NCBI GenBank assembly: GCA_965649825.1
Contig: OZ287697.1
Span: 1,970,351-2,034,350, forward strand
Reading direction: 5' to 3'
Origin: Penicillus capitatus
Taxonomy: Eukaryota > Plantae > Chlorophyta
DNA length: 64,000 nucleotides
Shown here: positions 36,703-50,069 of the stretch, piece by piece
Layout: the number at the start of each line of letters is the position of its first letter
Numbering within the stretch: position 1 is the stretch's first letter
Made by a program: the position numbers and the translations under genes
The notes under the pieces: generated by a model
Databases searched by the model: none
What the model saw: only the letters and a program-made list of their open reading frames with translations
Told to the model about the DNA's origin: nothing

Positions 36703-37583
36703 ATGGCAACCGCTTTCTGCCCGAGTCGCCAAGTAACGCCGCCGCCTTTGTGCAAAAAGCGTCGTTCACAAGGAGGCGGATGGGTTTAGGCATCCGGTCT
36801 GGCCGGAAAGAAGTGCGCCCTGCGTTGCGCCGGGCCTCGCGCGCCGCGTCCCGTCGTTTGTGCCGCTGCTTCGTCCGATCTGACAGAGAAGATGGGTCAC
36901 TTCACCAAAGTTGCCACCTCGACCGTCGCAGCTGCGGCGTTGGCAGCTGTGGTCGGATTTGGTATGGTGGATGAAGCCAGAGCCGACATTGCCGGTCTCA
37001 CTCCATGCAGCGAGAGCAAACAGTACGCAAAGAAACAGAAGAAAGCGATCTCCGCCCTCACACGACGATTAGAAAAGGCATGTCTCCAAAAAGGGTGTTA
37101 TTGTACAGAAGACAGACAGATCGCGGTGATGTGTCTGTATAGTATGAGCAAGACAGCGCTCCAGCTATCGCTTTGCAAGCCACCATCGATAAAACGAATA
37201 AGAGATTTGAGTTCTACGCCAAAAACGGTCTCCTCTGTGGAACGGACGGTCTGCCACATCTCATTGCCGATCCAGGATACGCTTTCAAATACGGTCACAC
37301 TGGCGAAGTTTTCGTAAGTACTACCTGTCACATCAACAAAGAGTGAGATCTTGTTGTTCAGATTCCGGCCGTTTTGTTCGTTTATATTGCCGGGTGGATT
37401 GGGTATGCCGGTCGCTTGTACCTAGAGAGCACGCGAACGCAAGCGAAGGAGTACATCATCGACGTTCCGTTGGCCCTGAACTGCACATTCAAAGGACTCG
37501 GATGGCCCCTGTCCGCAACGCAGGAGCTCATCGGAGGATCGCTCCTGGAAAAGGACGAGAACATCACCGTCTCGCCCAGATAG
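36703..37583 (+). CDS. PSAF: Photosystem I subunit III (PsaF) with bipartite transit peptide; 3 introns, one GC-AG
   Basis: ARA|[57 protein letters not shown] and ENITVSPR. Confidence 0.98.
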
Positions 37584-37864
37584 ACAACCCCTTTTTCTCC
37601 TCGTCCATTTTCGATCACGCTCTGAGGATTTTGCCAAGAGGAGAAAATCAGAATACGCGCAGGCGACGACGTGTGTCCGAAGAAAATTTTGTTTCGTGCC
37701 CGTGGATCCGTTGATATTCTCTTTAAATGTGTTGTTGATTGGTGCACACCCCTCCGAGTTGCCGATAACGCAATTGCATGCCTAGACGACGATGTATCTT
37801 TCTCAGCAGTACTGATTGCTGCTGGTCATCCAGCAAGGTATCCGACTCTGCCGTCAGCAGAAGG

Positions 37865-40800
37865 CTACGGTCCCCAAAGTGATACCTCAGAGCAGGATGG
37901 GCTTTTCTCTGCTGTCGTACGCAGACCGTCGTTCCCTGTCACATCAAAACAACCATACGACAAGACAGGCGTGAGGCGTAAAGTAGGTACATGGGTAGAG
38001 GAGTGCAGCGGAGAGAGTCTGTGAAAGAGACGGTTAGGATCGATCAGACGCATGAGCTTGGTGTCGATCTCGTCGCGCAGTCCCCTACCGATCGAAGACT
38101 TCGAAAGAATCGGATACGTATCGCACATCCATTTCTGCGCAGCGAATCTGAGACAGAAGATGACGAGCGGCAATCCGATAGCGTAGAACACGTTGTTCCT
38201 GATAAAACAAAATTCGCTCGGTACTGGCAGACGGTCACTAAGAACACGCGCCTTCGATTTTTGACTCGGAGCGACTCGATGGCGCTGAGAATGGCAAATC
38301 TTCTCTTCCGGTCAATCGCCTCGTCGCACGCATCGCCAGCGGATGACGGGTTCCTTGTCAGAGGCGTTGTCGAACAGATGGTGTCTCGGCATGTGGCTAC
38401 GTCGCTCAAAGGGCGTCGTTTATCGTCCAGCCGTGTATGCGGCGGAATATGGAGGGAACAAATGGCGGCGCGTGCCAGTTCCAATGACCACGTCGAGATC
38501 TGCAGCACCATAGTGCTCTTGACCAATTCAGCGCTAACTGCCAGATCGTTCGCCTCGACGAGGCAGGCAAGCGAGGCGTATCCTTGAAGATCCGTTGAGG
38601 AGAGGAGGTCGAGGAAGCTGGTGTGGTACTCTAAGACGAGATCCGTCGTGATATGCGTCTCCTGGACACAGGATCCGAGATGGCGTCTATGGAACTCGAC
38701 GCAGCCAACCTGCTGCAGTTCGGCAACGGCGTCTGGATCGCAAAGAGGACGATGGCATCGATCGTGAAGGATAGCACTAGACGACGTTTCTCGAAGATTG
38801 AACGGAAACAGGAGTTTTGAGCACAGCTCCCTAAACAGCGCCTCCTCTTCCTTTACCTCCGTCGCCTTCGCTGCCTACGGCGAAGTCGCTGCGGTGCAGC
38901 GAGAGACAGCGAAGCCACACATCGGTTGTTGCGAATGTCTCTCTTGCCAAGACACGTATCATGCGTTTGCGCTCTGCTATGGAGCGTTTTGCGCGAAAAG
39001 TGGCTCTGTTGCCAGACATGAGGCCTGCAATGATGTGTCGAGGTGTATCTCCTATGAAACCTCTCGGAATGATCCAAACGGACCTCTCCTGTATGACGTG
39101 GACTCCTAGATATTCAACGACTTTCGTGTGGTGTCGGAAGGATGTGCCAAAGGACAGTCAAAGAAAGAAATGGGGCGATACCTGTGTGTAGGCAAACAGC
39201 GTTGCATCTTCTGTCTGCATCGATGACGGAGATCCGGAGCAGAAGAGTATGAACTCGACGAGACATGTAGCTGTCACATCGTGGTCGCATCGACGACCCG
39301 CTTTTGCGCAGCAGCTATCCTTCGTCCATCGCGAGAGGCCGCCCGTCGTCAGCCGACCCTGACTCAAATGAAGCTTCAGTTGGAATTTGGGTAGGGTGGT
39401 CTCGTGGCTTCCAGCTGCGCAGCAAGCTTGGCATCGTAGGGGTGGATTGGAGATTCTCTTTGGCAACCAGAAGAAACACACCGTGGACATTCCTCTGGCG
39501 AACAAGACAGTACGATGACGTGTCACAGGTTCTTTCGATTGTCTGTGATGGGAGAAATGCAGCTGACGGTTTCGGACGTCATGCAATGGGCCAGATCAGA
39601 GCTCTTGACAGAAAGGGACGAGCTCTTCATGAAGGGAGACTCGATGTGAGATATCGCACTTGACGTCTCGCAGAAGTAACTGTACGTTTTTCTGAATCCC
39701 TTAGACGACCTGGCATCCTTGTCTTGGTCAATGACTGCGACTGGGAGTTGCTGTAAGCCACCGAAAAACGTCTTTGATGGCTCAGACGAGATTTCGATGC
39801 GCAGGGGTAGGAAGGAGTGCACATTGGAAGAGGACGACGCTATTGTTTTTATATCGACATTACATGGAGGTTAAGAGAAGGGCGATGTCAACAGATGGCT
39901 GTCTGTGATGGCACTCTCCATTCTCTCTCGCCGTCGCCCACCACGATCCCTACTGCACCCAGCGCGTCGATCACCCAAGTAGGTAGGTTCGATCGCTGGA
40001 GAGACCGCCTCTGCAGGAATTCTCTCACGAGGGACGGGAATTGCTGCACGCGAATGGCGGCACGCATCTCGCATGTGAATTCTATCATGTACGCGTTTAT
40101 GTGATACGTTACCCGCCGACAGTCAATCGCCCTTCCAGCCAACAGCAACGAATGCAGAGCTGCTCTGAGTAGTGCCGGCGGACGTAGCAGGACGGAATAG
40201 AGTCCGAGTCGGTTTTATCGGCGGTCGATCACGCATGACATACATTCTCCGAGAAAAACAGATACTATGCAAATCTATCTCTACCATAAATGCACAGCTG
40301 TTACTGTCACTCCAGGTACCAATGTGCATCACCACAATGCAGACAGTCAGGTATTTAACGCTATTGTTAGTCCTCTGAGTCGATCTTCTTCGCCCTTGGG
40401 GACTAACAATATCGTTAAATACCTACCTTCGTAGAAAAACGCCTCGTCGCTTCTTCCAAGGTTAGTCGACTCCGAATAATGCTGAAAGTGTCGAAGAGTT
40501 CGGCATTAACAGAATTGATGTTCGCATAGGTCGCCGTCATAAAACTGCAGCCATTGGAGACCGCACTCGGAAGAGGAATCTCCGCCAGCAGAGAGGGAGA
40601 TTCGTCACCGGAGCTGCCATCCCGGATGCTACTCGGATTGCCTCCAAAAGTAAACCCTACCGCTGGTCGACCGCTCAGCGAAAGCGATCACAACGGAAAA
40701 ATTACAAGTGCTCGGAGCAAGGTCCAGAAAGATTCAGATGCGTCATTATATACTCATGCGGTGACAAGACATTCCTAGGCGGGTGAGTCAGCACGATGCC

Positions 40801-41059
40801 AGAACCATAAAAAGGCCCTTCGGCCTCCAATGAGCCCGTATGACAAGATAGCAAGCACCCGTAACAACAGCTGACCCTTGTTCAACAAGACAGTCCCATC
40901 GCCAGAGAAATCTTTAGCAGACCTTATAGTGGAAATGTCGGAGATGGGAGGACACGAAGACGGGTGGATCCCAGGTGTCAAGAATCGATAAAAAACTTGA
41001 TTACTCAGAGACGAAACACGCTCGCGACGACGATAACGAGCACTCAGACGACAACACAA
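37865..41059 (-). CDS. Large multi-exon hypothetical protein (possibly more than one gene)
   Basis: Long stop-free exons (about 38044-38870 AAKATEVKEEEALFRELC..., 39523-39822, about 40428-40680) with GT/AG flanks, plus a TM-like segment FYAIGLPLVIFCLRF. No family recognised. Confidence 0.45.
40349..40424. other. Near-perfect hairpin: 25-bp arms with 1 mismatch, 26-nt spacer
   Basis: AGGTATTTAACGCTATTGTTAGTCC (40349-40373) pairs with GGACTAACAATATCGTTAAATACCT (40400-40424) at 24 of 25 positions. Confidence 0.92.
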
Positions 41060-41728
41060 GGATCTCGAGATTATGTCAAGGGACAGCTAGTAGCTTCGCT
41101 GTCGTACTACTTGGACAACTGTCCCTTTCCGGGTTCTATCAATGCCTGGATACTTAAACGCGTCCCCTGTATCAACCCTGCCTCGTCTGTAATCCATTTT
41201 TTGTTCGTGGCATCCCACATCGACGGATTAATTACACGACAATGTCGCGTTTAAGTATCCATGGCTGTGGAGGATTGCTAAACCTTACAATAAACAGATG
41301 CGAACTTTAGCCGACGTTCGGCAACCATCATCCGACCGTTATTAGAAAATAAGGTCAAAGGCGACACCCATCGCGACTGATGGTCAGTGCGCGAGGGTAG
41401 TTGGCTACGGCGATCGACACGACATCTGCCTCTCCTGCAGCGACTTCTCCTCCTCACAGCACAATGTCCTTATGCTTGAGTGACAAACAAAACGAAAACA
41501 CGCACAATTGGGACAAAGCAGAAAAGACGGGTCTTCAAGTCTGAAGACATGGTCACCCTTCATGCTAAATTATCGCCGCCAGACTCGAGGGCTGCCTCTC
41601 AGCGGCGACTTATGTGCCCAGCGAGTCCAACCCAGTCCACACTCAGACATCAGACCCTTGATATCCACCTTTCTCCCACAAAGCAGGAGAGTAACGTGTG
41701 GACGCAAAAGACGTGATGCACCTATGGG

Positions 41729-43179
41729 ATGAAGCGGGGCAACGTTGTCTTGTTGGTCGTGCTCTACTGCCTTCAAGGCGTACCGCTGGGTCTGTCGATG
41801 AGCTGCATGCCCTTTCTCCTACAAGCCAATGCCTCGTACACTAGCATCGGCATTTTTAGCATGGCTGCCTATCCCTATTCCTTCAAGCTCCTCTGGAGTC
41901 CCATTGTCGATTCTGTCTTCCATCGACGGTTCGGCCGACGCCGAACATGGATCGCCCCATTGCGGACGCTCTCGGAAATACTTCTCTTCTTCTTCGGCCA
42001 GACGGCAGAAGATGCGTTGAATGGCTCCGATATCTGGCGACTGTCAGGTCTGTTCTTCATCCTCGTTCTCTTGGCAGCCACTCAGGACATTGCCGTCGAT
42101 GGCTGGGCACTGATTCTGCTCTCACGATCGAATCTGGATTACACCTCTACCTGTCAAACCGTCGGCATGAATGCTGGATTCTTTCTCTCCTTTACTGTCT
42201 TCCTGGCACTCAATGACAACGACTTCTGCAACAAGTACTTTCGCCGCATTCCCCAAGAGACCGGAATCGTCACTCTGGCGAATTAATGAAAGCGTGGGGT
42301 GTGATCTATGCCATCGTCACACTCTACATCGTCCTGTTCAAGCGTGAACGTGACGATCCTTCGCTCAGGGGACGCCGTTTGAGGGATTCCTACAGTCAGC
42401 TTTGGGATGTGATCAAGCTTCCGGCCGTGATCAAACTCTCTTCCGTTTTGCTGCTCTGCCGTCTTGGAAGCGTCGTTGCCGAAGGAGCCGGGACATTGAA
42501 GCTGCTGGAGAAAGGTGTATCGAAGGAGGCGCTGTCCGGCATCGTTCTGATTCAGTTTCCCATCGAACTCTTCTCGGCAGTGCTCGCTGGAAAGTGGGTC
42601 GCCGGCAAAGACGCCTTCTCGCCCTTCCTCTTCGCTTACAAGAGTCGTCTCGTGACGGCCTCTCTGACCACTTGGGTCGTCCGGGTCTTCCCTGTCGGCG
42701 CCGCCATGTGGTTCGATGCACCGATGCCTTTCCTGATGGTGCTTTCGATCGGAGTGGCCGCATCCTTCGGAGCGACCCTCATGTTCGCAGCACAAGGTGC
42801 TTTTTGTAGTCAAGTGAGTGACCCTGCTATAGGAGGTGCATATCTCACTCTTCTCAACTCCATCGCCAATTTGGGGTCGACGCTGCCGCGGTTCATTGTC
42901 TTCTGGCTGATGGATCTGTTGACGGTGCGAGAGTGTGAGATCGATGGGGTCGTGCGGCCGGAGTATCTGTGTCCGTCCAGAAAGGACGATGCCTTGGCGT
43001 CTAATGCCTGTACCGACGTGGGCGGTTCATGTCTCCTGACGAAGGACGGCTTCTATCCTCTTTCATGGTTTCTGATCATCGCGGGATGCTTTTTGAGTGT
43101 GTTCTTTTCAAAAATGCTGCGTCAGCTACAGCACCTCCCCATTGACAAGTGGCATGTGAAACACAGCAAAGCAACGTAG
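41729..43179 (+). CDS. Acetyl-CoA transporter 1 (SLC33A1/AT-1 family); intronless but split by a 1-nt frameshift at 42284-42288
   Basis: LYCLQGVPLGL, YPYSFKLLWSPIVDS, LAATQDIAVDGWAL, STCQTVGMNAGFF, DPAIGGAYLTLLNSIANLG and DGFYPL. ORF1 ends in TAA overlapping the ATG of ORF2. Confidence 0.92.
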
Positions 43180-43190
43180 GTGTTTGCCAT

Positions 43191-43523
43191 TCACCGTCCA
43201 GATCCGCGAATCCGTTCGACTTCTTGACGAAAGAGGCGCTTCATATCGTCCTATAATGCATGCGGGTGTCCGGAGATGAAAGACCGATCAGTTGATGCAG
43301 TGGACATGCCTGAAAAGAGAGAGACGTCTGAGTGCCGTCTGCTGAAAGGCGATCTCGCGAGAGAACGTACCAACCGATGGCTGAGGTCGCCAAGACCATC
43401 GCCGTCCCTGCCCCGAATGCCTTGATCTGCATTCCTGCTGAGGGGAGACGTCACCTCAGACGTCATGCTCACCGCGACGGGAAGGACTCTGGCACGCGCG
43501 GTTGGGTCGATTCCTTCGGCCAT
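43191..43523 (-). CDS. Small hypothetical membrane protein; probably 2 introns, one GC-AG
   Basis: Model: MAEGIDPTAP|GMQIKAFGAGTAMVLATSAIGWYVL..SLSFQ|DDMKRLFRQEVERIRGSGR*. Confidence 0.45.
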
Positions 43524-43845
43524 TAATCTGCAGTCGAGGTCAAAAGAGTGAGATCCACAGCGCATGGACATTACTCTTTCGTGCCCTGTGTGAACGAAAC
43601 CGTCCCGGCGACGAATGCGCCTAAATACAGAACATCGTTTTCCTGAACCGACGGTCGAAGAGCGAACCTATGCTGCATGCACCAACACTCCACAGAAACA
43701 CCTGAATTGGCGAGATGGATTCTGAGAGACCCATGAGTGGCGGCGCGTCCTCGTCAGAGTCGTCGAGAGAGGGATGGATTCTTTAAAAATCACAAAATGG
43801 CAGTCATCGTGTATGGTACGATCAGAGACAAGACAGTGCTGCTGT

Positions 43846-44374
43846 TTAGTAGAGCTCCTCTTCTTTGTGCGTCTCGATCGTGCAGTCGGATGTGGGATAG
43901 GCGACGCAGGTTAAGACATATCCTGCTGCCATCTGATCTTCATCTAAGAATGCTTGATCTGATTGATCGATCCCTCCGGCCTGACGAAACCCTAGGTGTG
44001 ATAGGAAGAGTAAGAAATATGACGCACCGTGACTTTTCCAGCACACGACGAACAGGATCCAGCACGGCAGGAGTAGGGTAGATCCACATTTTGTTCCTAA
44101 CGACAGATCAAAGACCCATGAGCGAACGAACAAACATACATTCTGGGTCACATGCCTCGGCAATATCGAGGATATACTGATCTTCCGCGACTTCGATCGT
44201 CTCAGTGCCGGACGGCGTGACGAGTGTGACTTTGTAGAATGTCTCGACCGGAGCCGGAAAGCGTTGCGGAGTGGAGAGATTGCGCAGAGGCGATGTACGC
44301 AGAGATTTAAAGGGCAACCTTCGAGACGCCGTTTGCACTCGCTGGGTTGTCATTTTCATCGTCGACGTCGCCAT
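43846..44374 (-). CDS. PETF: Plastid [2Fe-2S] ferredoxin (PetF-type); 2 introns, the first GC-AG
   Basis: Transit peptide, then [17 protein letters not shown]|[23 protein letters not shown]|[44 protein letters not shown]. Confidence 0.98.
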
Positions 44375-44575
44375 CTCTGTAAGAAGCGCAGCTACACCCA
44401 AACGAACGCACAAACACACGGGAAGAACAAACGAAAAGTCGGCTGGGAGATGGATGACACGATCGATCAGCACGGGCAATGTCAGATCCCGCTACGAAAT
44501 GAAGATTTATTTTTAATGTACGCATTGAACTGCTGAATCAACCGCGGCCTCAGTGCCATTACGTTTGTTGGCGGG

Positions 44576-47174
<2,599 letters not shown>

Positions 47175-47334
47175 GTACTGTGCTGTCGTAACCGATGCGA
47201 GACGACAGCAGCAGCACGCACACACCAACAAACGAACGAACGAATGGAGGGACAAAAGATGTGACATGTACATAAAACGCCTGCAAACGCGTTTCTAGAA
47301 AACTCACGACCTCCGTGCGCGATTTCTTCCTACA

Positions 47335-48007
47335 ATGGCAACCACGAATCCGGAGAGCCGCGCGGCGCTGTTGCTGCGAAAACAGCTGCGAGGTTAGTCC
47401 GCGACGCCTTTCCTCGTTTCTCCCTCGACGTGGTGTAGATTTGATGCGCTCTCCCGTTGACGGCTTCTCTGCCGGTCTTATCGACGAGTCCGATATCTTC
47501 GAGTGGCAAGTAACAGTGATGGGACCACCAGATACCTTCTAGTAAGACCTGTCTGCGCCGAATGGCTCAGAATATGCATTCCCTGTAGTGAAGGTGGATT
47601 CTTCATCTGTCACCTGTCATTCCCCAAAGACTATCCCAACAGTCCCCCAACCTGTAAATTCACTTCAGACATGTGGCATCCGAACGGTAGCTCTATCTAC
47701 AGCCGTTGTCTCGGAGAGATATGTGTATGTTTGTGCGTGTATGCATGTAGTGTACAAAGATGGCCGTGTGTGTATATCTATCTTGCATAAACCAGGGAAT
47801 GATCCAACGGGATACGAAGATGCGAGTGAGCGTTGGTCTCCCGTTCATACGGTTGAGACCATTATGCTGTCCATTATTTCGATGCTCTCTTCTCCCAACG
47901 ATGAATCGGCAGCAAACATCGATGCAGCAAAGGACTGGCGTGAAGATCGAGAGGGATTCAAGAAAAAGGTGGCCAGAATTGTGCGACGTTCACAAGAAAT
48001 GCTCTAG
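47335..48007 (+). CDS. UBC7: Ubiquitin-conjugating enzyme E2, UBC7/UBE2G class; 3 introns
   Basis: ALLLRKQLR|DL..PVDGFSAGLIDESDIFEW, FPKDYPNSPP, WHPNVYKDGRVCISILH.PG.DP.GYE.ASERWSPV, with the class-specific acidic loop. Confidence 0.97.
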
Positions 48008-48327
48008 GGCTCTGTACTCCCTTGCTGTATAGCTGCATGCTGTGCTGATCTCTCTCGCTTACTCTTACCTGTCTACCTGTGTTAACAGAAAGATGCTTGC
48101 CTCTTGTGTTTGGTTCGTCCTGTTCTTTAAGTTGTGTGTACATGATGAGTGCGTGAGTGGAGCTGAACTCCTCAGGACGACCTGTTATGGCAAAAGCAGT
48201 CGTTGATGAAGATTTAAACAGTTACGCATCTACGACGTCGACAACGATATGAGAATTCGTAGCGATCAGCGATCATAGCCAAACGACCAATCGATCACAC
48301 GTGCAGAAAAAGAGTGATCATTTTCGA

Positions 48328-49950
48328 TTAACGCATATTCGTCAATCGATCGATCACGACGTTCAGATCGACCGCTTCACCGTGATCCAACATGTTGGTC
48401 ACGACCGACCGGACTTTGGTTCGATCGAATCCCATGTTGGCCACATCGGTGATGACTTGATCCAGTGGAACAGATTGAGGAGAGGCGCGGATGGGATCAG
48501 CGGCAGGTTGATTGGGCTTGGCACCTCCTGCTTGGATGGCAGCTGGACTGCCATAGATGGTCTGTTGAGGAATAGGTGGCGGCGGTGGCTGTTCTGGACG
48601 GTAAGACTGCTGCTGTCCAGCGAGCGATGGATACCCAGAGTACGGTGCTGGTGGCCCAGGATGCATAGGCATTGCTGGCTGTTGCGTCGGAATAAGCGAT
48701 GGAGGAAAGACGCCGAATGGTGCACCCGAAGAGGGTGGCATGTGCTGAGGGTACGGTGGTGGTGTCTGGGAGGGTTTCTCGGCAGGAGGCACATAACCAT
48801 TCGGATTCCCCAATCCGTGTCTGGCGTAATCGTACGTCGACTGTGGCTGCGGCTGTGGCGCCGGTTTATACTCCGTCGTATCGGAAGGCGGAGGAAACGA
48901 TGACTGTTGGGGAGACTGCATCGGTGCCAGCTGTTGAGGTGGCGGTCGTGGATGGGACATCGGTTGCTGGACTGGTGACGGTCGCGGATGGGACATCGGT
49001 TGCTGAACAAGCGGCGGCTGTTGGGGCTGCTGTGGCGGCGGCGGAGACTGTTGCAGCTGAACAGCCTCCGCAGCATAGGAGGCTGGCATGCTCGGCCTGG
49101 GAACCTGGATAGGTTGTTCTGACGCATAGACGGGCGGTGTTGCCGCGACGGCAGCTGTTGCCGCATGCTTCACCACTGCCTTCGGTTCTTGTACATAAGC
49201 CTCTGGCTCTGGGGCATAGTTTCTGGCTGGCGGCTGCGGCTTTGGCTGCTGTTTCTTTTTGGGAGCAGCGCGGATGGGTGGTGGATCTTCTTCTTCTTCT
49301 TGCTCGTCCTCTTCTTCCAGCTCTTCCTCAGGAACTTCTTCGCTTGGGTCCTTTTGCACCACAGTCACACGTTTCTCACTCCTTTTGCTTTTCTCTGTTT
49401 CGTCTTTGTTGTGTTTCTCTTGCTGCTGTTCTCGAGCATGACGGTTGAGCAATACATGGGCATCTATCAAATCTTGCTTCTCCAACATGCGTTGCATTCC
49501 AACGGACACTTCCTTCAGAGATGCCTCAACATGACGGAAACTCTCGGTGAAATTCCGCGAGTCCTCTCCCTGCTTTTCCACTAAGGTATCCAGATTGGCC
49601 TTCAGCTCACTCTGGCGCTCTTCGACCGTCGCGACTTTGTCCCCCAAACGATCGAGTGCCGTGCGCAACGTCTGTGTAAGAGCGCTAAAGTTCTCAAAGA
49701 GCAGTTCTCTGACGTTCTTATGTATAAGTTGCTGCATTTCTTCTTTTGAGACCGGCGGCGGTGGCGGTGCGAGATTCTCGCCGACGGGTGAATCGGAACG
49801 GCGTACGGGAATCGACTCGAGCTCTGTGTCACTCGCAGCCTGTCGTCGACTTTCGTCCATCGATACATATGCCTCGCGAGGTGGTTCCGGCGGCGCAGTA
49901 GGCCGCAGACCCGATAGGAGGTCGGCAAAGATGTCTTCTTTTTCTTCCAT
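48328..49950 (-). CDS. FLOE1-like / DUF1421 prion-like protein; intronless, about 540 aa
   Basis: From MEEKEDIFADLL: a coiled coil ending ...VSVGMQRMLEKQDLIDAH, a long Q/P/S-rich disordered region, and a C-terminal DUF1421-type motif DVANMGFDRTKVRSVVTNMLDHGEAVDLNVVIDRL. Confidence 0.85.
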   Translation of the reverse strand: MEEKEDIFADLLSGLRPTAPPEPPREAYVSMDESRRQAASDTELESIPVRRSDSPVGENLAPPPPPVSKEEMQQLIHKNVRELLFENFSALTQTLRTALDRLGDKVATVEERQSELKANLDTLVEKQGEDSRNFTESFRHVEASLKEVSVGMQRMLEKQDLIDAHVLLNRHAREQQQEKHNKDETEKSKRSEKRVTVVQKDPSEEVPEEELEEEDEQEEEEDPPPIRAAPKKKQQPKPQPPARNYAPEPEAYVQEPKAVVKHAATAAVAATPPVYASEQPIQVPRPSMPASYAAEAVQLQQSPPPPQQPQQPPLVQQPMSHPRPSPVQQPMSHPRPPPQQLAPMQSPQQSSFPPPSDTTEYKPAPQPQPQSTYDYARHGLGNPNGYVPPAEKPSQTPPPYPQHMPPSSGAPFGVFPPSLIPTQQPAMPMHPGPPAPYSGYPSLAGQQQSYRPEQPPPPPIPQQTIYGSPAAIQAGGAKPNQPAADPIRASPQSVPLDQVITDVANMGFDRTKVRSVVTNMLDHGEAVDLNVVIDRLTNMR

Positions 49951-50005
49951 CGAAAGCTGCGTCAAACAAACGTGGTTTCTCTCGACACGTAGGAAACATG
50001 TGTTA

Positions 50006-50052
50006 CGTTCGTTCGTTCGCTGTCTGGCCGTTCGTTCGTTCGTTCGTTCGTT
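50006..50052. repeat. (CGTT)n microsatellite in a divergent promoter
   Basis: Two runs of CGTT repeats between the start codons at 49950 (-) and 50070 (+). Confidence 0.85.
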
Positions 50053-50069
50053 TAGAGAAGCGATTTTGA

